Source of the DNA: Actinomycetales bacterium
GTDB taxonomy: Bacteria; Actinomycetota; Actinomycetes; Actinomycetales; Angustibacteraceae
NCBI GenBank assembly: GCA_038322575.1
Contig: JBBQGB010000008.1
Coordinates: forward strand, 3,559-67,558
Length of the DNA: 64,000 nt
Direction of reading: 5' to 3'
Positions 9,883 to 18,962 of the stretch are shown piece by piece (the stretch's first letter is position 1; every line of letters starts with the position of its first letter). The notes beneath the pieces are model-generated. The model made no database searches, was not told the origin of the DNA, and worked only from the letters and a program-made list of their open reading frames with translations. Made by a program: the position numbers and the translations under genes.

Positions 9883-10034
9883 ACCGCCACGCGAGCCCCG
9901 GACCGCTGACCGCTGACGCGGGTCAGACGGGCTCGGACAAGGTCACGGCGAAGTCGTCCGCGGGGTCAGTGCTGCCAACCCAGAAACTGCTTGGACCGGT
10001 GGCCGCCGACGTCGTGCCGATGGCGTGGTCTGGC

Positions 10035-11009
10035 TCACCAGGTCGGCATGGCGCCCCGCGACGTGCCCCTACCGGCGACCGTGACGGAGGAGTCCCCGGC
10101 GGGGTCGGTCCACGTCGTCTCGACCTCGAACCCGGCGGCGACCAGCTCGGTGCGCAGGCCCTCGACGCGGAACTTCGCGCTGGTCTCGGTGAGGATCTGC
10201 TCGCCGGCGCCGATCCGCCACTCGAGCCCGAGCAGCGGCACGACGAGGTCACGGCGGGCTCGCAGCCGCATCTCGATGCGGTCGTGCTCGGTGTCGTAGA
10301 CCGCGACGTGGTCGAAGTCGTCGGGGTCCAGGGACCGGGGGTTGATCTCGAGCTCACGGGCGAGCACCCGCAGGACGTTCTTGTTGAAGGCGGCGGTGAC
10401 TCCCGCGCTGTCGTCGTAGGCCCGAAGGAGCCGGTCGGTGTCCTTGACGAGGTCGGCACCGAGCAGGAACAGGTCACCGGGCGCCGTTGCGCGATGGACC
10501 CGTCGCAGGAACGCCGCCCGCGGGCCGGGGGTGAGGTTGCCGATCGTGGAGCCGAGGAACGCGACCAGGCGGTCGCCGTCCGTGCCGGGCAGTGGGAACA
10601 GCTCGTCCTCGAAGTCGGCGACGATTCCGCGGACCTCCATGAGAGGGAAGTCCCGGTTGATGCGGACGGCGGCATCGCGGATCGGCCCTTCGCTCACGTC
10701 CAGCGGTACGAACAGGGCCGGCTGCAGCGCCTCCAGCAGCAGCTTGGTCTTGCGTGAGTAGCCCGCGCCGAGCTCGACGAGGGTCCCGACGTGGGGCAGG
10801 TCCCGAGCGTGCTCGGCGAGGATCGCGGTCTCGGTCCGGGTCGGGTAGTACTCCGGCAGGTCGGTGATCTCGTCGAAGAGCTGGCTGCCCTTCTCGTCGT
10901 AGAACCACTTCGGCGGGATCTCGACCGGTGACTTGGTCAGTCCTTCGCGCACGTCGGCAGCCAGCCGCCCGGGGTCCGGCGCGCGCCGGACCTCGACCGA
11001 CCAGCTCAT
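10035..11009 (-). CDS. egtD: L-histidine N-alpha-methyltransferase (ergothioneine biosynthesis)
   Basis: Matches EgtD family signatures: [52 protein letters not shown] and a WTDPAGD tail. The ATG at 11009 overlaps the egtB stop (ATGA). Confidence 0.9.
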   Translation of the reverse strand: MSWSVEVRRAPDPGRLAADVREGLTKSPVEIPPKWFYDEKGSQLFDEITDLPEYYPTRTETAILAEHARDLPHVGTLVELGAGYSRKTKLLLEALQPALFVPLDVSEGPIRDAAVRINRDFPLMEVRGIVADFEDELFPLPGTDGDRLVAFLGSTIGNLTPGPRAAFLRRVHRATAPGDLFLLGADLVKDTDRLLRAYDDSAGVTAAFNKNVLRVLARELEINPRSLDPDDFDHVAVYDTEHDRIEMRLRARRDLVVPLLGLEWRIGAGEQILTETSAKFRVEGLRTELVAAGFEVETTWTDPAGDSSVTVAGRGTSRGAMPTW

Positions 11010-12219
11010 CGGGCCAGCCTGAGTCCCGAGAACGCCCAGCGCGAGCCCGCCGGGAAGAAGTTGCGGTAGCTGATCCGTTCGTGGCCCGGCGGTGTCGCGC
11101 ACGACGCGCCCCGCAGGACGTGCTGGTCGTTCATGAACTTGCCGTTGTACTCGCCCACCGCGCCAGGGACCGGCCGGAAGCCGGGGTAGGGCAGGTACTG
11201 CGACGCGGTCCACTCCCACACGTCGCCGACCATGTGGTCGCCGGCGAGCCCGGGGTGCAGCCGCGCCAGGTCGAGCAGCTGCCCGCGCAGCGGCTCGCAG
11301 TCCGCCGCAGCGACCTCCCACTCGAACTCGGTCGGCAGCCGGCCCAGCGGGCATAGGCGTCGGCCTCGAAGAACGACACGTGCACGACCGGCTCACCGAG
11401 CCGCAGCTCCTTCACACCGGCGGTCGTGAACGTCATCCAGGAGCCGTCGACGTCCCACCAGTAGTCAGGGCTGCGCCAGCCCTCACGCTGCAGGGCGTAC
11501 CAGCCGTCCGACAGCCACAGGTCCGGACGGCGGTAGCCACCGTCGGCCATGAACGCCAGCCAGTCCTCGACCGTCACGGCCCTGCTGGCGATCTCGAAGT
11601 CCTCCAGGAAGACCCGATGGCGCGGCCCCTCGTTGTCGTACGAGAAGCCCCCGCCGGCCCCGATCTGGTGCAGCCCCCCGGCCACGCCCCGGAACCGCTG
11701 CGGGGTGGACGGTGGGTTGTCCTCGGCGTCGCGCGTGATGTACGCCGGACCCAGCGCATGACGCGAGAGCAGGTGCTTGATGTCCATCACGAGCAGCTCC
11801 TGATGCTGCTGCTCGTGGTTGATGCCCAGCTCGACCAGCGCCAGCACCGCGTCGGCGGGGCCCATCGCAAGCAGCGCCTCGACCCCGTTGTCGACGTGCC
11901 GGCGGTAGCGACCGACCTCCTCGACCCCGGGACGGGTCACCAGCCCACGCTCGGGTCGCGGGTGCCGAGGTCCGACCGCCTCGTAGTAGCTGTTGAACAA
12001 GTACCGGAAGCTCGCGTCGTAGGGCTCGTAGTCCCGCGAACCCAGGACGAACTCCTCGTAGAACCACGTCGTGTGCGCCCGGTGCCACTTGGTCGGGGAG
12101 GTGTCCGGCATCGACTGAGCGGTCTGGTCCTCCGGCGACAGCGGGGCGGCCAGCGCCTCGGTGAGGGCACGCGACCGGGTGAAGCGGTCAGTGAGTGTGG
12201 GCGTGCGCACGAGCGGCAT
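11006..12219 (-). pseudogene. egtB: hercynine oxygenase / sulfoxide synthase EgtB, interrupted by one frameshift near 11338-11343
   Basis: The N-terminal DinB-like part (SPTKWHRAHTTWFYEEF) and the FGE-sulfatase part up to [12 protein letters not shown] are in one frame. The continuation [13 protein letters not shown]...[19 protein letters not shown]...[18 protein letters not shown] is in another frame (ORF 11006..11233). Confidence 0.8.
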
Positions 12220-12328
12220 CTGCCTGGTTCCTCTCCGTCCGGTGGGGCTGACTGGCTCTAGTCTGCTCGGCGCCTTCGGCGTTACGTCGACCCCGCACGC
12301 TCAGCCCAGGAAGCGGGCAAGGGGTGGT

Positions 12329-13528
12329 TCACATCGCGTCCATGGTGATGGGACGGCGCGGCGCACCGACGTGGAGCAGCCGCAGTGCCAGGGCTGGGTA
12401 GGCCAGCACCGACACGAGACCGGCGGTGACGAGCGCGGCCGCGTTGCCTGCGCTGATGGCACCCAGGGCGAGACCGATCTGCGTGGCCGCGACGATGAAG
12501 GGAAGCGACGACGCCTGCAGGAGACCGACCGCGACCGTCTGCCGAGAGGTCAGCGCCTTGTGGTACGCCAGCGCGGGCAGACCGCGCACGACGAGGAGCA
12601 GCACGAGGTACAGCGGCACGCGCAGGAGCGTCGCCGGGTGGCTCATCAACGCGTCGAGGTCGAAGGTGATCCCGCTCGTGACGAAGAAGATGGGGATGAG
12701 GAAGCCGAAACCCAGGCCGTCGAGCTTGACCCGGAACTGCGGGTGGCGCTCGTCGCTGTCCGGGTCCAGCGCCCGCAGCAGCCCGCCGGCGAGGAAGGCA
12801 CCCAGGATCGCCTCGAACCCGAGCCGGACGGCGGCCGCAGCCAGGCCCACGAGCAACAGGACCGACAACCTGACCCGGATCTGCGCACTGGTGTCGGCGA
12901 GCATCCGCACCAGCTCGGACACCGCCGTCCTGCGCTCGGCGCGCCGAGCCAGGACCGCGACGACGAGGACGACCACGAGCAGCAGCGCGAGCAACGCCAG
13001 CCGGCCCAGCAACGGTCCGTCGTGCTGGGAGAACAGCAACGACAGCAGCACCACCGCGGTCACCTCGCCGGTCGAGGCTCCCGCTATCGCGAGCTGCCCC
13101 ACCGGCTGGTCCACGAGCCCGGCGTCGCGCAGCAGGGGGACCAGCAACCCCAAGGACGTGGCCATCAGCGCGATGCCGACCAGGACGGGGTCGCTCGCCA
13201 GCCCGACGAGGTGCAGCCCGTAGCCCACGGCCAGCCCGAGTGCCACCGTCAGGAGGACGCCTTGCAGGGCCCGCAGACCGAGATCGCCTCTGAACCGGCT
13301 CAGGTCGATCTCCACGCCGGCGAGGAACAGCAGGAAGCCCAGCCCCAGCACGGAGGCGGAACGGACGAGGTCATCGAGCTGCACGACGCCGAGCACAGCC
13401 GGTCCCAGGACGATCCCGGCGACGATCTCCAGCACCGGCCCCGGGACCGCGGTGATGCGCAGCGACCCCAGCAGCAACGGGATGGCGGCCGCGACGGCCG
13501 CGATGACGAACAGGTTGTCGAAGGACAC
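12329..13528 (-). CDS. cation:proton antiporter (Na+/H+ exchanger family)
   Basis: 399-aa polytopic membrane protein with typical Na_H_Exchanger helices (LEIVAGIVLGPAVLG, LLFLAGVEIDL). Confidence 0.85.
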   Translation of the reverse strand: MSFDNLFVIAAVAAAIPLLLGSLRITAVPGPVLEIVAGIVLGPAVLGVVQLDDLVRSASVLGLGFLLFLAGVEIDLSRFRGDLGLRALQGVLLTVALGLAVGYGLHLVGLASDPVLVGIALMATSLGLLVPLLRDAGLVDQPVGQLAIAGASTGEVTAVVLLSLLFSQHDGPLLGRLALLALLLVVVLVVAVLARRAERRTAVSELVRMLADTSAQIRVRLSVLLLVGLAAAAVRLGFEAILGAFLAGGLLRALDPDSDERHPQFRVKLDGLGFGFLIPIFFVTSGITFDLDALMSHPATLLRVPLYLVLLLVVRGLPALAYHKALTSRQTVAVGLLQASSLPFIVAATQIGLALGAISAGNAAALVTAGLVSVLAYPALALRLLHVGAPRRPITMDAM

Positions 13529-13617
13529 GGCTCGTAGTCGGTCAGGCGTCGTACGTGTTACACGTCAGGCCCGTCCAGGTGTGCCGGGGTCGGGATCGTG
13601 CGGTGGCTGCCGCCCGG

Positions 13618-13863
13618 TCAGCGCCCGACGTCGCGAAAGGCGAGGACCAGGGTCTGCACCGCGTCGGCGCTGAGGCTGGCGAGGGGAACGTGGCCGAGCC
13701 GGTCGATCGTGCCGCGCATCTGGTCCAGATAGGCGTCGCACCCGTCGCAGATCGCGAGGTGGGCCTCGAACTCGCGCACGGTGGCGTCGTCGAGCGCGCG
13801 CTCGAGGTAGTCGGTGACGAGGTCGACCACGTCGACGCAGTCCAGCTGCCCGGGGGCCGTCAC
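13618..13863 (-). CDS. zinc-binding anti-sigma factor (ZAS, RsrA-like spacing)
   Basis: 81 aa with C9, H35, C39 and C42 (HLAICDGC), the same C-26-H-3-C-2-C spacing as RsrA. The GTG start overlaps the stop of the ECF sigma gene (GTGA). Confidence 0.75.
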   Translation of the reverse strand: MTAPGQLDCVDVVDLVTDYLERALDDATVREFEAHLAICDGCDAYLDQMRGTIDRLGHVPLASLSADAVQTLVLAFRDVGR

Positions 13864-14552
13864 GAGCCACCCCGGTAGTACGTCTCCAGCGCACCGCGGA
13901 GCTTGGCCCGGCCTCGGTGCAGCAGCACCCGCTGGTTCTCCCGCGTCAGGCCCAGGATCTGACAGACCTCGTCGGAGCCGCAGCCCTCGATGTCACGCAG
14001 CACGACCACGTTGCGCTGCCGTTGCGGCAGCCCAGCCAGCGCAGCCTCGAGGAGCGCTCGCACCTCGACGCGCAGTGCGCCGCGGGGCGGGTCACCGTCC
14101 CAGCGCTGCGGGGCGCCGGCGGACGTCCAGTGGCCGGGGTAGCGGTCAGCTGGACCACGAAACCGGTCGGGGTCGACGATGGCCCCGTCGTCGTCGCCGG
14201 TGGCCAGCGACGACATCGGCGTCATCCGACTCTCCGTGACCCCGCGGGTCTTGGCGGTGTTGACCAGGACGCGGAACACCCAGGTGCGTAGCGAGGAGCG
14301 CCCCTCGAAGCCGTCGAGTCCCTTGATCACCGCGAGCCAGGTCTCCTGCACGACCTCCTGAGCCGAGTCGTCGGTGGACACGTGTCCGCGCGCCACCCGC
14401 AGCATGGTGCGCGACCAGCGCCGGACCAGGTCGACGAACGCCGCCTCGTCACCGGCCCGCAGCCGGGCGAGCAGCTCGCGCTCACCCGCGGACGGCGTGG
14501 CCTGGGTGGGCAGGAAGACCACCAGTTGGTCCGGGCGGGTGTCCTTCGACAT
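13860..14552 (-). CDS. ECF-type RNA polymerase sigma-70 factor
   Basis: Sigma2 region (AQEVVQETWLAVIKGLDGFEGRSSLRTWVFRVLVN) and sigma4 region (LPQRQRNVVVLRDIEGCGSDEVCQILGLTRENQRVLLHRGRAKLR). The start is taken at ATG 14552. Confidence 0.85.
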   Translation of the reverse strand: MSKDTRPDQLVVFLPTQATPSAGERELLARLRAGDEAAFVDLVRRWSRTMLRVARGHVSTDDSAQEVVQETWLAVIKGLDGFEGRSSLRTWVFRVLVNTAKTRGVTESRMTPMSSLATGDDDGAIVDPDRFRGPADRYPGHWTSAGAPQRWDGDPPRGALRVEVRALLEAALAGLPQRQRNVVVLRDIEGCGSDEVCQILGLTRENQRVLLHRGRAKLRGALETYYRGGS

Positions 14553-14684
14553 GCTCGTTCTCCATCGGCGGGAGTTGAGCTGACCTTTCACCATGACGTC
14601 ACCGCTGCGTAACACTTCGGTTCGACGGCATACTGAACTGCACGATGACGGACCTGCGGGTGCAGCCTAGACCCAGGAGCCCGG

Positions 14685-14942
14685 ATGACCGCTAGAGCCA
14701 GGGACCACGTGTCGTGTGCGGATGTGGTCGCGCTGGTGACCCGCTACCTCGATGGCGACCTGGACACGGCATCGAGCGGCCTCGTCGAGGAGCACCTCGC
14801 GGACTGCCCCCACTGCGTCACCTACGTGCAGCAGACACGCGACACCGCCGCGGCGATCGGCCGGCTCGAGTCGCCCCCGCTGCCGCAGAGGATGTGCGAC
14901 GAGCTGGTGGCCGCGTTCCGCGACTGGAAGGGGAATCGGTGA
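14685..14942 (+). CDS. second zinc-binding anti-sigma factor paralog (ZAS)
   Basis: 85 aa with C11, H37, C41 and C44 (HLADCPHC), exactly the RsrA spacing. It is divergent from the ECF sigma gene, and its N-terminus CADVVALVTRYLDGDL parallels CVDVVDLVTDYLERAL of 13618..13863. Confidence 0.7.
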   Translation: MTARARDHVSCADVVALVTRYLDGDLDTASSGLVEEHLADCPHCVTYVQQTRDTAAAIGRLESPPLPQRMCDELVAAFRDWKGNR

Positions 14943-15305
14943 GCGACCAGCGAGGCAGAGTCCGTACCGAGCCGTGCCGCAAGCGGATCCGCGCACTGGT
15001 CAACGGGGTCGTGGTCCTCGACTCCGCACGGGTGACGTTGGTCTGGGAGAAGCCGGTGTACCCCGCCTGGTACGTCCCGTTCGCCGACGTCGAGCTGGTC
15101 CCGGACTACCTGGAGGACCAGGTCGGAGATGCGCTGCGCGCGGGGGTCGAGGCCCACCTGGGCCTGTGTGCGGGGTGTAACCAGTACCTCGACCAGATGC
15201 GCGACCATCGGGCTTGTCGGGCGAGTGCCGGTCCAGTCGCTGAGCGACGAGGCCCGCCACGACCTGATGGCCGCGTTCAGGACCTTCCACTTGCCCGTTA
15301 CGTGA
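14939..15305 (+). pseudogene. chimeric remnant: DUF427-like N-terminus joined to a third, frameshifted ZAS anti-sigma copy
   Basis: RVRTEPCRKRIRALVNGVVVLDSARVTLVWEKPVYPAWYVPFADVE (DUF427 pattern) runs directly into LVPDYLEDQ...EAHLGLCAGCNQYLDQMRD. After a frameshift near 15203-15210 the ZAS tail IGLVGRVPVQSLSDEARHDLMAAFRTF continues in the +1 frame to the TGA at 15303. Confidence 0.5.
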
Positions 15306-15445
15306 TGTTCGCGCCCTTCGACGGACTGACGGGGCGCCCAGCGACAGCGGAGCGACGTCGGACCTGACGTAACGCGGTGCGAGCTGGTGAGACGTACCAG
15401 TTGGTCGGAGCAACGAGGCTCCGCGCACTGATCAACGGAGGACCC

Positions 15446-16444
15446 ATGCGCGCGTTCGTTCGCACCACTCTCGCGGCGGTGGCAGTCGCCGCCGTGGCGA
15501 CCACGGTCGCGGTCGCACCGCCGGCTGTCGCGAGCGGCGGGGTTGACGCCCAAGGCTTCGCTGTGCACGACGGGACCGCCACGTTCCCGCTGCGCGCGGG
15601 CCGCAGCACCGATGGCAGAGCGTTCTGGTACGTCGCGATCGAGGCGTCCGACTCCTCGGCGGCCAAAGTGTTCGGCGTGCGGGTGGTCAACAAGCTGGAG
15701 GACGCCGCTGGCACCGACGCCGTGCAACCTGGCCGTCTGGTGAACGGCGTCCTCGTCACCCCCGGCTCCGTCGACTTCACCCCCAAACAGGTCGTGGCCG
15801 ACACGCCGGGCACCGGGTTCCCACCGGTCACCGCGCAGCCGGGCAGCGTCGCCGACGCGTCGTACAGCCCCCTGGTGCAGCTGCCCGGCGGCGCCGTCGT
15901 GAACGCGCCGGTGGTCGCCGACGACACCGGGACGCACGACAAGGTCGTCTCGCTCGACCTGTCCGCCCGTACGGTCACTCTCCGGCTGACCCACGGCTTC
16001 GCCCGTGGCACCGCGGTGCGCTACCTGTCCACCGACGCGACCGACCCAGGCGTGGCCGCGCTCGAGGGATCGACGTACGTTGCCCGTCTGGCCAAGGCGC
16101 CGAGCGCCGGGGACGACTCGACCCATTCCGCACGCGCCACGCTGGCAGCCTTCGTGAACGGTCCGACGGGCGCCGACAACCCGCAGCGCCAAGGCATCAA
16201 CAGCGCTTTACTCGGCGAGGGAGACCCACTCAACGTGCTCGCCTGGCTCCCCGGTCAAGGGCGCTACAGCTCGTTGTGGGACGTGCACCTGACCCAGTGG
16301 GCGCCCGGCCGTACGCCGGCGAGGGTCACCAGCATCGCCGACGTCGAGAACCTTGCCGAGCAGGGCGCCGTCACTGGTCCGGGTGGCGCCCCCTGGGTGG
16401 CGAACGACATCATCGTCAACTGCCCGATCCTCGCGATCGGCTGA
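15446..16444 (+). CDS. secreted protein of unknown function
   Basis: ATG at 15446 preceded by GGAGG. The signal peptide is MRAFVRTTLAAVAVAAVATTVAVAPPAVASG. The mature part has coding-like composition and no motif I can name. Confidence 0.65.
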   Translation: MRAFVRTTLAAVAVAAVATTVAVAPPAVASGGVDAQGFAVHDGTATFPLRAGRSTDGRAFWYVAIEASDSSAAKVFGVRVVNKLEDAAGTDAVQPGRLVNGVLVTPGSVDFTPKQVVADTPGTGFPPVTAQPGSVADASYSPLVQLPGGAVVNAPVVADDTGTHDKVVSLDLSARTVTLRLTHGFARGTAVRYLSTDATDPGVAALEGSTYVARLAKAPSAGDDSTHSARATLAAFVNGPTGADNPQRQGINSALLGEGDPLNVLAWLPGQGRYSSLWDVHLTQWAPGRTPARVTSIADVENLAEQGAVTGPGGAPWVANDIIVNCPILAIG

Positions 16445-16584
16445 CCCAGTTCTCCCTAACGGCATTAACGGGTCCGGCTTTTGGCGATCACATCCCCGTC
16501 GATGTGCTCTGCCTTCGAGAGCTGCGTGCCATTCACCCAACATGATCAGCCGCGTAACCTGTCGAACCTGCCGGCTTCGGTGTT

Positions 16585-16614
16585 GAACTCGAACTCGAAC
16601 TCGAACTCGAACTT
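16585..16614. repeat. hexanucleotide microsatellite (GAACTC)x4 plus one imperfect unit
   Basis: Direct reading gives gaactc gaactc gaactc gaactc gaactt. It lies in a ~290-bp lower-GC non-coding gap. Confidence 0.9.
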
Positions 16615-16731
16615 GACGCGGGCTAGCCCTGAGAACCACGTTCTGGGCGAGGACGGCCACCGACCCCGGGTCATCGCCCCGATAGGCAAGCGACCGCCGC
16701 TGCGTCAGCGCCTCTCCGTCGTCCATCTCGC

Positions 16732-18489
16732 TCAGTCTCCCGAGAGGGCCCGATCGCGCTCATCGATGAGTTCGCGGCGACGTCGTGAGACCAGGAGCCG
16801 CGGATCACCGGCTCGAAGGGAGCCATAGGTCAGGCGGGGATCGATCCCGGCTGCACGGATGAGCGACTGGGCCCGGTCCGAGACCGATCCGGCGATGCCG
16901 AAGTGGGCGAGGAGGTCCTTGCTGGTCATCGGCGATCCGTAGGGACCGGCGGTGCGGTTCGCCGTGGCGATCACCCAGGCGACTGCCGCGGCGCCGCGAA
17001 CAGGTGAACCTCTTCGCCGAAAGAGTCCGGGGTCATTGGTTGCGGCTTTGGCGAGGAAGCGACGCATCGCGGTCCGGTGTTCGACGTCCAGAATCATTTG
17101 GGCACAGGCATCGCACTCGTCCAAGATCGCCTGCACCGTCGGCCTGACGTCCTTGCCGATCCCGCTCCAATCGAACTGCTCGTCCGCGAGCGGCGCGGCC
17201 TCGAGCCTCATCAGCGTCTCGATGCCGCCGACCTCGTCGGCGATGTACCCCAGGTGCATCTCCTGATCGCTGAGGTGCTCGACCCGCTCGGACTCCAGAA
17301 TCACCTCGGCCAGACCCGCCATCGCCTGCTGTCGGTCACCGCGGATCAGCTCCTGGTACTCCGATTCCCATCGGTCAACTGCCGCGAGAGTGTCCTCGGT
17401 CAGGTCGGCGCGGATGTGGTTGCGGTCGTGGCAGTAGCGGATGTACGCGCGCACGAGGCCGGGCAGCTTCGCCAGGTACGGCTGCTCGGCGATCACTGTG
17501 CGCGGGAACCAGTCGGCCAGCAGCATCTCCACCGTCACCGAGCTCCACTGCCACGGATCCCCGGTCGCGTAGCCGATGCAAAACCACACCACGCTCTCGA
17601 GCAGGCTGTGATGGTCGTCATCGTCAAGAGCCGCGCCGAACGATGAGGCGAAGAATTCGGCCACCACTGCGGCCGTCTCCTCCGGCGACCACTCCTTTCG
17701 GTCCGGGGCCCGGCCTCCAGCCGGCAGCATCCGGAGCATCCACTCCACCAGCGGCCGGCACATCGGCCAGCTCTCCGACGTCAGCGGGGGGTACAGCAGG
17801 GAGCCGGTGTGGATCGCCGCCTCGATCACCGCGCGGGCCGTGGCCGGATCAGTGCGCTTCAACGACTGGTCGGCGTCATCGATCAGGGTCCCCATCCTGA
17901 TCGCCAGATCCTCCAGCGCCTCGGGGACCACGAACGCGTCTTTCACCACCGTGCCCATGTTGTGGTCCACGTACACGACCGCCGACAAGGCCTGACCCGA
18001 CGGCAGCGTCAAGCCGAGCAAGTAGTCGTCCCCGTCTCCAAGCACGTGAGTCATGAACCACACCTCTGGTTCAAGTCGGGCCCTGTCGAGACCGGTCAGC
18101 CAGTCCGGCATCGGATGCCGGCGAACCTCCAGTTCGCGTCCGATCCGGGCAGCAAGCAACTCATCGGTGACCAGCGCCCTGACCCCGGTCAGTGCGGCAG
18201 TGGTCTCGGCGTACGGTGTCCCAACGAACGACTCGATCAGATCGGCAAGACTGGTCCGCGGTTCGTCCGGTGCGAACGGATCCCGGCTCCGCGGGTCGGT
18301 GACCTCCAAGAACCCACTGACCATGGCCAGCAGCTCCAAGGGCTCACCTGACCGCAACGCGGCGCGCAGACTCTGGAACAGCCGCTGCTCCCGCGCGCCC
18401 TGCGACTGAACGTCCGGCTGCGAGGTGGGGTGCCGAGGCTGCGGCTGACGGCCCAGGCCGCGGCCATGCTTCTTCTTTGACACATCCAA
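16732..18489 (-). CDS. large hypothetical protein (585 aa), conserved-actinobacterial-looking, function unknown
   Basis: Long ORF with protein-like, acidic composition and lower GC than the core. The N-terminus is basic and low-complexity. I cannot confidently name any catalytic motif. Confidence 0.65.
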   Translation of the reverse strand: MDVSKKKHGRGLGRQPQPRHPTSQPDVQSQGAREQRLFQSLRAALRSGEPLELLAMVSGFLEVTDPRSRDPFAPDEPRTSLADLIESFVGTPYAETTAALTGVRALVTDELLAARIGRELEVRRHPMPDWLTGLDRARLEPEVWFMTHVLGDGDDYLLGLTLPSGQALSAVVYVDHNMGTVVKDAFVVPEALEDLAIRMGTLIDDADQSLKRTDPATARAVIEAAIHTGSLLYPPLTSESWPMCRPLVEWMLRMLPAGGRAPDRKEWSPEETAAVVAEFFASSFGAALDDDDHHSLLESVVWFCIGYATGDPWQWSSVTVEMLLADWFPRTVIAEQPYLAKLPGLVRAYIRYCHDRNHIRADLTEDTLAAVDRWESEYQELIRGDRQQAMAGLAEVILESERVEHLSDQEMHLGYIADEVGGIETLMRLEAAPLADEQFDWSGIGKDVRPTVQAILDECDACAQMILDVEHRTAMRRFLAKAATNDPGLFRRRGSPVRGAAAVAWVIATANRTAGPYGSPMTSKDLLAHFGIAGSVSDRAQSLIRAAGIDPRLTYGSLRAGDPRLLVSRRRRELIDERDRALSGD

Positions 18490-18962
18490 AGTCTACGAGC
18501 GGTACCTGCGCCCATTGTCGACGCGCGCGGTGCAAGGCCGCGTCAGAAGTCTCTGGCCGGCGACCCCTTCGCAGAGCATCTGTCGACCCGCGTAGGCCAG
18601 CGGCAACGGATCCCGCCTGCGGGCGTCGGGACTCCGAAGCAGGTGCCAACGGGTGGAAGGGGGTCACACCACCGCGGGTGCGGCAGTTCCACTCCACCGC
18701 CATCGCTCCATGTCGGCGCGCGGACGAGACGAGTCCGATGTCGAGAAGCTTGGTCCTGCCAGTGTCCGGCCATCACCGCAACGGTGTTCCGGGTAACTCA
18801 CCTTCACAGAGCACCCTCGCGGGTGGGTCATGCGGGAATCGGCGTTGGGCTGATCTGCGCCCGTCGTGTTGGTGGTGATGCGGCCGCCGCCTCGGTTGGA
18901 CGGTCCCACAGGATGTCGTCGTAGGGGAGGCGGACGTACCTCGGGCCGTCCTCAGTGCGGGC

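Noticed and set aside
12161-13537. 458-aa plus-strand ORF with a highly charged (Asp/Glu/Arg/Gln/His) translation opposite the antiporter gene.
   Set aside because: It is antisense to a clear 12-TM cation:proton antiporter. Its composition is typical of the reverse frame of a hydrophobic GC-rich gene.
16481-16828. 115-aa plus-strand ORF translating the hexamer repeat as (NS)5, and the 172-aa minus ORF 16208..16726 translating it as (VR)n.
   Set aside because: Both overlap well-supported genes at their ends. Neither has an RBS or coding-like composition, and the repeat region is better explained as non-coding microsatellite DNA.
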